Positions 41,001 to 49,868 of a stretch of DNA of 64,000 nt are shown here, one piece after another (the stretch's first letter is position 1; the number at the start of each line of letters is the position of its first letter). The DNA comes from a virus: IMG/VR virus record IMGVR_UViG_3300010348_001013, positions 1,751 to 65,750 of that record. One strand, written 5' to 3'. The notes below the pieces were generated by a model, which was given only the letters and a program-made list of their open reading frames with translations, did not search any database and was not told the origin of the DNA. A program made the translations under genes and the position numbers.

Positions 41001-41070
41001 GATCTTCAAGATCAATTAATGAATTGTTAAATATTGCAATTAAAGGATTCGAACTTGGCTTAAATGGCAT
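35044..41070 (-). CDS. Giant putative internal virion protein with split DEDDh (DnaQ-like) exonuclease, 2008 aa
   Basis: VIVDSETL (ExoI), SFGRFDNDII (ExoII), YSVQNL...IKNSNRETHFDVRD (ExoIII); C-terminal hydrophobic helices and a duplicated motif. Confidence 0.55.
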   Translation of the reverse strand: MPFKPSSNPLIAIFNNSLIDLEDQISKSYKIIKFRNLTDKLYIIYDNIKTKIDNNIELATEEFKESLTYIDKTTVKAKFVDPKFNNGSILTYYYLLEDALSKFFNDSSIFTIGQNNKRVVKDVTFAGTIYNINHHLYNIQYAINNLKTSKEYNSNHWYKDSDVIEIVDNIVSLLTEQDNNVDAVYKNTIAKIQQNINKVYDNFIIAKGNKLSEKDLDNITRSIQNIKSQIANDIVGMKIVNNNILATEEIINIPKILTSNNGLDINIKNEFAKAIRDLDNLLDNRVYSNTYSLNVANNTLTARISEVVDNVKNIFIDKYNEEYLNVAKDLQNKLAQGYFKKTEKPAIQNIYNDPAAMIKDIKNNSARDVLINKMSSIMNINKMTTTEFLDALYENLLRTNKGKKIELTAEEYEKIITAIENQVTSRVIGKASRIANENLIELTHQLKTNKIVLKNFAKVGVAPENIAKIIVDSIIQSQSSEVEKRISSNSAARHLTRYVNKYFNSLYIKPLENKIQAKNANNNSALLKLFEQSRFQTNLKGGYIPSVDAYNIARQSVYSTNNRPQPIPQEIITLKKINDVQKTSQDNKGGGAIFDPNNIKPLHNERIQLTLDKIQKIGLSKNRPFLRITVKDSNDANNSFDFIIKKTANSYIVYDTYHGSQDGMDYSDLNRFLQTYNKDNFNISASNVGPNDLSKIGIVSVGSGFRSINNIMYGREVIVDSETLTEDLYMSDTNINKVISMTFTPVLMNSVPQYVARKNYTVNKYRNKTITILNTKAIENVNRRYYKDRTLNYKKYERFMLNRNASTRRNYNAKFAGDPSKKIPYSVVSLSEATLFSEPYLHEMFEAINNTSNIIQNTLIKLSRNKSEYEQYTRIIKGMLSSTKDTGYVNNITGNVANAYFGVSILNGKQKQSFSIPVTYKQKSLFQNLFKTLVSPNKNDRIDVANKYILPSNMLINPTMKNKHTDKTSAAFAFKQIYAAAHSPPDKNPLFKLNELDNVCRENILDAFNQKTNFTYNTSYVSKTGYSSIELPYNFSKAIEYLVEKAIRNQGKLAPAEIDALKKMTDLQSGINPLDQNIVPKAYPISKSTIILNKAGDKSMEFLVLTSLKSLSNPKTIPETDSSKDKFADILQRETVATIKSFYSEKAELDKALAALNKIQNVESDEYKNAYKNVELHRENINNILNSIFFTDVVNGEKQKIGRAPKLILSSFGRFDNDIIEKALTNLAGFDKTYNIPSRDIRSEIMSSLLNTSSALFGSASNMKVASYYLLPYMKKVGISNTKIKEAQLNLSVGSKYSTGYSVQNLYSLLDAFGIKNSNRETHFDVRDTIDEELIRAAANSFGEHIDEISNFDLHRNITDLYLTVQKTRHDILKKPGQFNRNTAFIEFNKTTKGTAFPIIASALNEVYQTHEKYKTQEQELEYMRKFGQTVLGSFNLEQNVIDEILEKYQFSIVNKTSKSRYKPSKWFQIEFDKIQKDKKILNQKTSIRIFDSRIIDKQSPTKNMTFDTYVSILTNVLLNDLADEGDISESERIKLVKNINNELKASHFISGYRQQMADTSINDIIRSASPTYASTVPSILFLGAMKIGESWFNKQKQKDIEKEAAYTYKKQERERTYVPEAISHNVSTWTIANRMFFSDFGSGANARLKRNVGASQAILGQYATRKLVNKTVAGITKLSKLFMDNIVNNPTNAILFGVGAGAIITTGFIAKLAVNHPRKRRNIKKVSANPRNNNYLETMRHDNIYTVINRKFYTGYGSAMEPVNVQEVASVKPGEATPSFNASQIRTDNMLVAAHEVSQAISDKGYPPYELIDIVASQEPGIISKNITEVEQKDINRAAHINKQMPIHINKVDKSPVILSTLTDAINSNAMQEHYINYPNKSYAKNAFPRSFSLIKSDMVYNSAPDVYLNLPRYTSHENERNYLTYNAVRDSVLNLTPTNSNTNRYIDRNALEYNTKNNAIQYAYSDEYVPSYFQYPSVPNIPIFELSNYAGKQQFRYQPNLNWIRF

Positions 41071-41085
41071 TGATTACTCCGAACC

Positions 41086-42093
41086 TTATTCTGATGAATT
41101 TTCATCTTTAATAGAATTATCATTAGTATTTACTCGTTCATATATTGTAACATACTCCCCATCTGTTCCATATTTATTTTTAGCTTTTTCCATGTTTGTT
41201 TTCTCTTCTATAATTTGCTTATTTCGTTGATTAACACGGTCTTTTAGCTCATCAATATCTTCATCAGAAGAATCAACATTTTTATTAATAAGTTTATATT
41301 TAGCTGATATTTCAGGTGTCAATAATAATTGTCTTAGTATTGTATCTCTTCTAGATTGAATTTTTTCATGAATAATAGACGAAGCAGATTCTCCTGGAAT
41401 ATAAGTAATTTCTCCAGATCGTAATACAACACACGATGCCTCTGGATCAACAAGTCCGTTTGTTGACATTTCATTATCCATCATAATATCATAAAGATCT
41501 GTTTCAATTAATGAAACAATCAAACGATAAATTACTATATCATATCTTACACTATTATATTCATCTTTGTTATTATTATCTTGCGGGGTCAATCTTGATG
41601 ATATTGCTTCTAACCATTGGTCACGCAAGTTCATTGCTAATCCCATAGCTAATGGGCATGGTTTTCCAAATGGTTGTTTGTTCATAGCAATAAATGGACA
41701 ATTTAAATTCTTAAATAAACATGTTTTATCCCCACATTTAGGTATAATATGCATAATATATGGATCCAATTCGACTTTTGCCAAATAGGAATCTACCATT
41801 GTTTTCTCATCACTAGTCAAATGCATTTCGTCAAGAATCTCTTTTATTTCTAAACATAAAAGATTATTAGATTTACTAAATCCTGTAATTTGTTGATGAA
41901 CATTGGTTGTTGGTAATGCTTCATTTTGATTTAATAAAACATCATCTGTAACTGGTTCATCTGGTCGTTGCACATCTATTGGGGAATTCTTCGATTCGGC
42001 CTTTTTTGATGATATTTTGGATATTGTTTTTGACGCATTTGGCAAATCAGCAGATAGTGTTTTAATGTTCTTAGTTGGTTTTTTATTTGACAT
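41086..42093 (-). CDS. Cys-cluster protein, candidate terminase small subunit, 335 aa
   Basis: CGDKTCLFKNLNCP...PFGKPCP four-Cys cluster, helical C-terminus, close to terL. TerS role is inference. Confidence 0.4.
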   Translation of the reverse strand: MSNKKPTKNIKTLSADLPNASKTISKISSKKAESKNSPIDVQRPDEPVTDDVLLNQNEALPTTNVHQQITGFSKSNNLLCLEIKEILDEMHLTSDEKTMVDSYLAKVELDPYIMHIIPKCGDKTCLFKNLNCPFIAMNKQPFGKPCPLAMGLAMNLRDQWLEAISSRLTPQDNNNKDEYNSVRYDIVIYRLIVSLIETDLYDIMMDNEMSTNGLVDPEASCVVLRSGEITYIPGESASSIIHEKIQSRRDTILRQLLLTPEISAKYKLINKNVDSSDEDIDELKDRVNQRNKQIIEEKTNMEKAKNKYGTDGEYVTIYERVNTNDNSIKDENSSE

Positions 42094-42175
42094 AATTTTA
42101 GTTGGCGGGGGTATTTCCCCTGCCGCTCCTTTAATTTTGATGTTTTCATTTGGTTTTGTTTAAATAAAATAAACG

Positions 42176-42469
42176 TTAACCTTGTTGAATTTCATCATTT
42201 GGAAATAATTTGAATTCTTTTGTTAAAAGCTGATTTTTTAGCTTTTCAATGTTGTTTGTTTTTACAAATTGTTTAATTGCAATTGTGTAAAAAGATAATT
42301 CAGCATCTGGAGTATCAAGTAATTCATCAATTTCTTTTTTGTCTAACATATAAATAAATGAATTATTTAACCCATCTCCATTAATACTAATGTTAAACGT
42401 ATATCTGTCTGTTACAAAATTATAATCGGACAATTTAACTTCTTGAACTTTAGTTTCTTGTAGATTCAT
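42176..42469 (-). CDS. Hypothetical protein, 97 aa
   Basis: ATG with SD AAGGA and its own upstream promoter. Confidence 0.55.
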   Translation of the reverse strand: MNLQETKVQEVKLSDYNFVTDRYTFNISINGDGLNNSFIYMLDKKEIDELLDTPDAELSFYTIAIKQFVKTNNIEKLKNQLLTKEFKLFPNDEIQQG

Positions 42470-42510
42470 GTGTTGCCATCCTTTGTAATGTGTATTTTAA
42501 TTTCAATACA

Positions 42511-42539
42511 ATATTATCATATAAAATATTGTGTGTAAA
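42511..42539 (-). promoter_or_regulatory. Sigma70-type promoter (leftward)
   Basis: Minus strand TTTACA-N17-TAATAT with extended TG; same hexamers as the promoter at 33491. Confidence 0.55.
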
Positions 42540-42548
42540 TTTTGTATT

Positions 42549-42577
42549 ATGACACTTTTTATTTATTATAATATAAT
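42549..42577 (+). promoter_or_regulatory. Sigma70-type promoter for terL (rightward)
   Basis: ATGACA-N17-TATAAT, then SD GGAG and ATG 42593. Confidence 0.55.
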
Positions 42578-42592
42578 TTTAACGGAGACAGT

Positions 42593-44332
42593 ATGAAAGA
42601 AAAATTGACATTAGATGAGATAGAATTATTATATAGTAGTCGTGAAATAAGTGAAACCACGTATAAATTGTTACTTGAAACTTATATACCATCTGTATTT
42701 ATTGAAAGAAATGTTCATGATCCAGATAATCCAGATCAATTAATTAAACTTCGTGATTATCAAAAGATTGCGCTTGATTCAGATAGTCATATAAAAGTAT
42801 TATTATTTGGAAGACAAACAGGAAAATCTGTAACGTTATTTGCTGATATGGCATATCATGGGATGAATAAACTATATAAAAATAAAACATTATTATTTTT
42901 TGCGCCAAATAAAGTTCACATTAATAATGTCTTAGGAGATAAAGTTTATAAGACATTTATTTCTAATGAAGATATGAAAAGATATATAGTTAGCAAAAAA
43001 AATGATTTATATTACGAAATCGTTTTTACTAACGGAACTGTAATTAGAGGCATTGCGGTAAATCAAAATCCAATAGGTGCAAGATCCCATACTGGTGATA
43101 TAATATATATTGATGAAGCACAATATATTGAACAAGAAGCATATAATGCATTAAGTGGTGTTTCATTATCCAGACCAGATGCATACTGGTGGTATTCGTC
43201 TACACCGGGAATTAGTAGTGGAATGTTTTATGATATGTGTAATTCGGATTTATCCGAGGTATTCTATGTTCCGGCTACTTTAATACCAAACTGGGATAAA
43301 AATGCAGAAAAAAAAGCCAGAGCTCTATATCCAATTGAATCAGTATATCAAGCTGAAGTTATGGCTAGGTTTATATCGCCTGAATCAAGTATATTTCCGT
43401 CGTATGCTGTTGATCTTGCAATTAACAAAGGTTATATGGAAAAAAATGGAGTAAAAATTCCATATGATAGTAATACATGGATGGAAAGGTTTCCAAATAC
43501 TGGAATTTTTTCAATAGGCGTAGACTGGAATGGTGTTTCAAATGGTGTACATATCGTAGTAATGTCAAAAATAGATGGAAATTTCGTAGAAGTAGAAAAA
43601 GTTATTATACAGGCAGTTAATTTTATTCAACATAAAGCTATTGATAAAATAATAGAATTAATAGTTAAATATAGACCACTTATAGTTTGTGTCGATAAAG
43701 GATTCGGCGGGTCTCAAATAGAAGATCTTTTATTACGAGGAATAAAAGACCCTACTTTACATATCAAAGAAATTTTAAAACCGGTAGGATTTAATGATCA
43801 ATTAGAAACAAGAGATCCAGAAAGTGGTATAATAGTAAATAAACAGACAAAAACATATATGATTATGGAAACTGTTAGATTATTCACAGAAGAACGTGTA
43901 ATATTAATGCCAGAAGAAAGTGAAAAATTTATGTTAGGTGATCAATTAAAAGCATATTCAATAGGAAGTATACTATATAACGGGGCATTAAATTTTAAAA
44001 CAAAAGAATCAGATCATACACTAGATGCATTCTGTTTAGCAGTATTTGGTTTATTAGAAAAAACCGAACATATATTAGATAAAGGAAACATTCTCTCAAC
44101 TATTGATGCTGGGAAAAATGTGACTATTTTAAATAATGGACCAAATGTTAATAGTATCATTGATAATATTATAAATTCAATGATGGAAACATCACCAGAT
44201 ATTGATGGCGATGCATTATATGATGAAATAGCATCATCTTGGTTTAATAATATTAAAGTAATTCAGCGTTCACGAATAGAACCAAACACAATAAATAAAA
44301 TAGCACAAACATCAAAAAGAAATAGATTATAA
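42593..44332 (+). CDS. terL: Terminase large subunit
   Basis: Q motif LRDYQ, Walker A GRQTGKS, Walker B IIYIDEA, motif III SSTP, RNase H-like GVDWN, VDKGFG and DHTLDA. Confidence 0.95.
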   Translation: MKEKLTLDEIELLYSSREISETTYKLLLETYIPSVFIERNVHDPDNPDQLIKLRDYQKIALDSDSHIKVLLFGRQTGKSVTLFADMAYHGMNKLYKNKTLLFFAPNKVHINNVLGDKVYKTFISNEDMKRYIVSKKNDLYYEIVFTNGTVIRGIAVNQNPIGARSHTGDIIYIDEAQYIEQEAYNALSGVSLSRPDAYWWYSSTPGISSGMFYDMCNSDLSEVFYVPATLIPNWDKNAEKKARALYPIESVYQAEVMARFISPESSIFPSYAVDLAINKGYMEKNGVKIPYDSNTWMERFPNTGIFSIGVDWNGVSNGVHIVVMSKIDGNFVEVEKVIIQAVNFIQHKAIDKIIELIVKYRPLIVCVDKGFGGSQIEDLLLRGIKDPTLHIKEILKPVGFNDQLETRDPESGIIVNKQTKTYMIMETVRLFTEERVILMPEESEKFMLGDQLKAYSIGSILYNGALNFKTKESDHTLDAFCLAVFGLLEKTEHILDKGNILSTIDAGKNVTILNNGPNVNSIIDNIINSMMETSPDIDGDALYDEIASSWFNNIKVIQRSRIEPNTINKIAQTSKRNRL

Positions 44333-44380
44333 TTTACATGTATATACAGTCATCTATTGGGGAATGATGCGGGGGTTATT

Positions 44381-47227
44381 GTGTCAGATAAAAAGAATAT
44401 ATTTTATAGACCAAATATTAACAATTATTTTGAAACAATTAAACAAACAAGTACAAAAGAAGATATTATCAATATTATTAATGAAACTGATTATATAAAA
44501 AAAGCCGGGGTAACAAAAGATTTAGAATCATTAAGTTTAGAAGAACTTAATGAATTATTAAAGCAATACGATAAGATAAAAATATTAAATGATAGTAAAA
44601 TTAAAAATGATTATCCTGCAATTAATTCTCTAATTAATGCTGGGGTATTAGATGAAGACGAAGCTATTGTTTTAATTCAATTATCTAATGATATGAAAGA
44701 TCTGAAAAACAAATTGAATATATTACAAAATATTGACATTGAAGCAATAGGAGATACTGTTTTAGAAAATGTTCCAGATAATATTCTTCAAGAATTAAAC
44801 ATATTTTTTGGAAGTAATTTGATATCAGTTAAAGAAACTGATGATACTAATTCAGTTTTAATCACAACTTCACAATTAAAATGTCTAACCAAAGCATTAA
44901 ATAACAATCCTAAAATGGTAGATAAAACAAAAACACCAGATGAGATGGCAACTGATATTGAAGATAAAATAAATAAAGCAATTCCAAAGATTAAGTTATA
45001 TTTTCCATTGGTATTACTTGTTTATATGTTATTAACAAAAGCGATATCATTAGTAATTGGTGAAATAAATAAACTTTTTAGATGTAAATTTAAATTGGAT
45101 AATGTTACATGGGATTGGAAGGTTCTAGGTGTAGATATTGGTGGTGAAGTATCTAAATGGATTAATAACAATATTATTATGCCAATAAATTTCTTTTTTA
45201 ATGTAACAGTTTCAAACTTGTTGTCCGAAATTGAATATGTTCCACTAAAAATAATAACATCTGGGTTTTCTCTTACAATGAATGCTGATAAAAAATCTAG
45301 TGTTATAGTAGGAAAAGAAGATACAGTTATTACAAGTAGTGACATCAATAAATTAGGGCAAGAATATCAATTTATAAATAAATACACCATTTATGATTGT
45401 AAACTAATGTATGTTAGAATTGTTAATTCCTATATTCAATACACATCAAAAGAAAATGGTATTTTACAAAGTAAAGTATTTTGCGGGGCTAATATAAAAT
45501 TTCCAAGCTGTGATCCAAACATTACTATAAGTTTACCATTTATTTCATTTGTCACTGGTACTGGAATCAGTGGTAACAATGGAATGATCTCAACTAGTGG
45601 TTCATTATCTAAATGTCTGACAGATTTAATAGCAGCAAACGTTGCAGTACAAACAGTTGGGACAAGTGATGGTGTTTGTAGTAACGACTATAACTGGAAT
45701 ACAGCATATGCAAATACTGCATCATTAATAGCACAAGATATTCTTGAATATATATCAATGGCAAATACCAACCAAGCAGCATATTATACTAATCTTGCAA
45801 ACTCAATAAAAGAATGGAAAAAATTAAACAGTGCCGAATTACAAACAGCATTTTATACCTCGGCATCATCTATTTCAAATATAATAGGCAATATCAAAAA
45901 CGGGTTTAATAATAATGAAACACGAAACAATGTACGAACACAATTACAAGTTATTCTGGAATTACTTGTAAATATAGATGCCGGGATAACTGATCTCATG
46001 AATAATGCAATTAATCCATTTATAAAAAACATTTTTTGTTGTATAGTTTTTATTTTATTGAGTATTGCTTCCATAATAGTTAATTATGTTGTTCTTTATG
46101 GGAACCCAGATAAATATGGAGAAACTTTAAAAGATTATGAATCTATGGTAAATAATATTAGAGCATTTCTTAGTAAAGAAGGTAGAGTTGAAATAAACAC
46201 AAATAAAATAAGCGAAAATGCTAATTTAAAACGTGCATTGACTCTAATTCAAGCTCTTGGAGATATTTTAGAAAGCATAGGCGTAATGATGCAAGGACAA
46301 CAATTATCTTTATCTCTTGATACTACAATGATACATGATTTAATAGATCAAATAATATCAGAATTTGCAACATTCTTTTCAACGATGACGCACTCAACTA
46401 TAAATAGTTATTTATCAATGATAGGAGTTGTTTCATTAAATGTCCCTGAAATTAAAGAATACATTGAAACAGATTGCTATCAAGCTAAGTTTTTTATTAA
46501 CTTAATTGATGCAGTAACAATGAAAATTCCAACATATTTTGATTCTTTTATTGCAGAAACATTTTCACTACCAATGTTAAAAAACTTCAAATCAACGATT
46601 ACTTTGTCAACGGAATCATACTCGGCAAGTATTATGATAGAAATGTCAAGATTATTAAAAATGTTATCAAATTATGTATTTACTGCTGGTTTATGTTATA
46701 GTGATGAACAAATTATAAACAACGCAATTAGTGATATAATTTCAGAGGAAGAGGAAACTATATTTTATGCTAATAATATCTACGAAAATGCTGTTACCGC
46801 AACTGATATTGAACAAACTGATTTAATTACAACAGAAATAGATATAGATGATATTCATGTTGATTATAATGTTAATCATTATGGTAAATATGAATTTAAT
46901 AACATTCTACAACCAATTTATGCCGGCAATACAATGCCAGAAATATTATTAGATGGTTCAAATTCGACATATGGACATATTTATGATAAATTAATTCATA
47001 AAAATGGAGCGTTTACTGAATTTGCAAATGAATCAATAAAATCTAATCCAATGATATTACATAATATTAAATCATTGGAAACTGTTTCTACAATTGATAT
47101 GAATAAAATTATAAAAAAAGATAATGTTTCTAGTATTGATTGGAATTATCTTGAACAAAATAATCTTTCGTTATCTAAATATGAAATTAGAGACAAAATT
47201 ATGGAATTATTAAATATTGCCAAATAA
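44381..47227 (+). CDS. Hypothetical helical protein with hydrophobic segments, about 948 aa
   Basis: Long ORF between terL and portal; GTG 44381 is preceded by GGGGG (track start is TTG 44357); two TM-like stretches. Confidence 0.6.
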   Translation: MSDKKNIFYRPNINNYFETIKQTSTKEDIINIINETDYIKKAGVTKDLESLSLEELNELLKQYDKIKILNDSKIKNDYPAINSLINAGVLDEDEAIVLIQLSNDMKDLKNKLNILQNIDIEAIGDTVLENVPDNILQELNIFFGSNLISVKETDDTNSVLITTSQLKCLTKALNNNPKMVDKTKTPDEMATDIEDKINKAIPKIKLYFPLVLLVYMLLTKAISLVIGEINKLFRCKFKLDNVTWDWKVLGVDIGGEVSKWINNNIIMPINFFFNVTVSNLLSEIEYVPLKIITSGFSLTMNADKKSSVIVGKEDTVITSSDINKLGQEYQFINKYTIYDCKLMYVRIVNSYIQYTSKENGILQSKVFCGANIKFPSCDPNITISLPFISFVTGTGISGNNGMISTSGSLSKCLTDLIAANVAVQTVGTSDGVCSNDYNWNTAYANTASLIAQDILEYISMANTNQAAYYTNLANSIKEWKKLNSAELQTAFYTSASSISNIIGNIKNGFNNNETRNNVRTQLQVILELLVNIDAGITDLMNNAINPFIKNIFCCIVFILLSIASIIVNYVVLYGNPDKYGETLKDYESMVNNIRAFLSKEGRVEINTNKISENANLKRALTLIQALGDILESIGVMMQGQQLSLSLDTTMIHDLIDQIISEFATFFSTMTHSTINSYLSMIGVVSLNVPEIKEYIETDCYQAKFFINLIDAVTMKIPTYFDSFIAETFSLPMLKNFKSTITLSTESYSASIMIEMSRLLKMLSNYVFTAGLCYSDEQIINNAISDIISEEEETIFYANNIYENAVTATDIEQTDLITTEIDIDDIHVDYNVNHYGKYEFNNILQPIYAGNTMPEILLDGSNSTYGHIYDKLIHKNGAFTEFANESIKSNPMILHNIKSLETVSTIDMNKIIKKDNVSSIDWNYLEQNNLSLSKYEIRDKIMELLNIAK

Positions 47228-47245
47228 ATTTAAAGGACAAAAATA

Positions 47246-48856
47246 ATGCTTTTGCAAAGAAAGAAAAAACCAAATATTTATGAACTTGACAGTATGCTAC
47301 AAGAAATTAAAACATCATTAAATAAAGTTCACGATGATATTAATTCAAAATCATCAGTTGAAAGATACGATGCAATGGCACAATTTACAAGTAGTAAATT
47401 TGAAAACAAACAGTTTATTGATAGACTAAGAGCTGTAACTGGCTTATCAGAAGAAACATTAATTAAATATAAAAATTTTAATACCTTTTTTGAAAACAGC
47501 CAGGATAAAGATGATTATAAGCTCCCAATAGTTGATTTGTGTCGTGTTGAACGAGCGTATTATTTTGGAGACACATTATTACACAGACGAAAAAGAATAT
47601 TTCTAGAAAAAGCATTTAATGAAGGATATTATCTGGAAAGTCAAAATCAATCAACCAAAGCATATATTGAAAAACGACTGGCATACAATGAATTAATAAC
47701 AGAAAAAAAATGCTGGGATTTATATAATGAAATAATGTCTGATATTATAATGTATGATTATGCTTTGTTGGGATTAAAAAGAAATGATGACTATTCCCCT
47801 GGCTATTCTTATACGATTGGAAGCAAATCATATGAACCAATTTATGCTTTTGATAGATTAGACGTTCCTGTTACATTGTTTTCATGTAAAGATGGAAAGT
47901 ATTTAAGTGCAAAAATGTTCCCAGCACTAAGAAATAAATATATCCCCAATAGAAAAAACTCCCTGCCATTCTTTTATAATTATTTATCAAAATTTTCATC
48001 TGCAACTTATAAACTACAAAATGATCCAATAGAATCCGATTCAGTTCCAATATCAATGGAAAATATTATAATGGCAAGTGATGTAAAACCAGCAGGTCAT
48101 ATTTATCCAATACCAAGTGCTGCAATGTTTATAGAAGATCTACAATTATTGAGAGATGCCGAGGAAGCATTGAGAGAAGTAATATTTCAGGCAGGATTTC
48201 CATTATTACATTTTAAAATAGGATCTGATATGGTTCCAATGAGACCAAATGAAGATCGTTCATTATCATCAAAAATCAAAGCAATGGATAAGAATGCTGT
48301 TTTAATTACAGATCATAGAACTCAAGGTCAACAATTATTAACTGAAGTATATAACCTATCCAAGGATTTGTCATATCTCTGGCAACGTGTTATTGTTGGT
48401 TTGGATTTATCCGACGTTGCATTGGGAATTGGTTCATCAACAAATAAAGGGACTGCTGATATAACAGATAAAATAACTCTTGATGTTACAAAACGCTATC
48501 AAAACATATTTTCAAATTTAATGGAAAAACTATTTGATCAGATGTTACTTGAAGGTGGTCTTAAATTATATAATTTGACTTCTGAAAACAAAGTTTATTT
48601 CAGATTCTCAGAAATAGATATTAATAAAGCAATTTTAAAAGAAAATCACATTTCACAATTATTTATGCAAAACATGATAGATCATAACGAAGCAAGAGCA
48701 AAAATTGGATTATTCAATAAACCAGACGAATCCCAGATGTATGCTAACAAGTACGCTGGAACCAAGTCATCTATTGGGGATCTTGTTAATAATGAAGTTC
48801 AGCCTGAAAATCAGTATGGTAAAAAACAGTCAGCTGCTGAACCTACAAAGAATTGA
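47246..48856 (+). CDS. Portal protein
   Basis: 536 aa, downstream of terL; portal-like segments GFPLLHFKIG, IVGLDLSDVALG.G...NKGTA, FRFSEID and IDHNEARAKIG. Confidence 0.8.
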   Translation: MLLQRKKKPNIYELDSMLQEIKTSLNKVHDDINSKSSVERYDAMAQFTSSKFENKQFIDRLRAVTGLSEETLIKYKNFNTFFENSQDKDDYKLPIVDLCRVERAYYFGDTLLHRRKRIFLEKAFNEGYYLESQNQSTKAYIEKRLAYNELITEKKCWDLYNEIMSDIIMYDYALLGLKRNDDYSPGYSYTIGSKSYEPIYAFDRLDVPVTLFSCKDGKYLSAKMFPALRNKYIPNRKNSLPFFYNYLSKFSSATYKLQNDPIESDSVPISMENIIMASDVKPAGHIYPIPSAAMFIEDLQLLRDAEEALREVIFQAGFPLLHFKIGSDMVPMRPNEDRSLSSKIKAMDKNAVLITDHRTQGQQLLTEVYNLSKDLSYLWQRVIVGLDLSDVALGIGSSTNKGTADITDKITLDVTKRYQNIFSNLMEKLFDQMLLEGGLKLYNLTSENKVYFRFSEIDINKAILKENHISQLFMQNMIDHNEARAKIGLFNKPDESQMYANKYAGTKSSIGDLVNNEVQPENQYGKKQSAAEPTKN

Positions 48857-49541
48857 TGATTTTATATGTTTTACATGATTTAAATTTGGAATTAGATTTG
48901 TTTACACAATAACCATTTGAAATACATAATGGCCCTGCTTTATTAAATGATAGCGGGGCTATATTTTTAACAATTTTAAGAATTTCGATAGCCATTTCCC
49001 TTATTTCCCATTGTGCTGTATTACAAGCTCGTTGTTCGAAAAAATTAAACAATGATCTCCCGTTCATTGTCATTATCAGATTGGTACATGTTGCATTTGG
49101 CAATACAAATCTAGCATCTTCACAAGGTATGTTTAAATTGGTTAGTTTATTATAGGTATCAATTATTTGGTTCATTAATACATTATATAATTCTAATGCT
49201 TGAGGGCTATTAGTAATTGATGCGGGGGTCACAAATTTAAATTGGTCAGGTGTTATTCTGACATGACGTTGTGATTGTTGTGAATATGATGCTATTCTAT
49301 GTCTAACTAACTGATGCGATAGGGCCCGGCTAACATTTTCTATTAGAAAAGTAAATGTTATGTGTTCAAAAGGAGAAAGATGTTTATGTTCTAACAAATA
49401 ATTAATTAAACGTTCAACTTCTTTGTTACTATTAGCTAATTCATATACTTCCCCAATAGATTCTTTCATGTAACATAAATGAGCAGCCATTGCTACCTTT
49501 TTATCAGGCGAAATCGTATGATCAATTAGTGTTATTTTCAT
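48843..49541 (-). CDS. thyX: FAD-dependent thymidylate synthase
   Basis: HLSPFEH, ThyX signature RHRIASYSQQSQR, EDARFVLP, AQWEIR. Confidence 0.97.
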   Translation of the reverse strand: MKITLIDHTISPDKKVAMAAHLCYMKESIGEVYELANSNKEVERLINYLLEHKHLSPFEHITFTFLIENVSRALSHQLVRHRIASYSQQSQRHVRITPDQFKFVTPASITNSPQALELYNVLMNQIIDTYNKLTNLNIPCEDARFVLPNATCTNLIMTMNGRSLFNFFEQRACNTAQWEIREMAIEILKIVKNIAPLSFNKAGPLCISNGYCVNKSNSKFKSCKTYKIINSL

Positions 49542-49550
49542 ATCTTTTAT

Positions 49551-49868
49551 TTAACCTGCCATTGTTGAATTATTGTTCATAATTAAATCTATGTTTATAA
49601 TATATTCGGTTGGTCTTGTCCCTTTTCCTTTTCTATAAACACGAATATATTTATTATCAATTAGTTCTTTTAAATACCGTCTTACCGTTTCAATATTTCC
49701 TTGACCTTTAAAGAAATTAGAAATTTCTTTTAGAGATATCTTGACCTTATTATTGTTGTCTGACATGACTATTAGATATTCTAGTATATCGGCTTGTCTT
49801 TTGCGTTTTGTCATACATGCACAAGCCTGGTGAATTAAATTAACTTCATTTTTATTTAATTTTTTCAT
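49551..49868 (-). CDS. Winged helix-turn-helix DNA-binding protein, 105 aa
   Basis: ISLKEIS...ETVRRYLKELIDNKYIRV..GKG.RPTEYII is a typical wHTH; SD GAGGT. Confidence 0.8.
   Translation of the reverse strand: MKKLNKNEVNLIHQACACMTKRKRQADILEYLIVMSDNNNKVKISLKEISNFFKGQGNIETVRRYLKELIDNKYIRVYRKGKGTRPTEYIINIDLIMNNNSTMAG

Noticed and set aside
42593-44332. Intein or intron in terL
   Set aside because: Normal length with contiguous motifs; no splice-junction or LAGLIDADG signatures seen.
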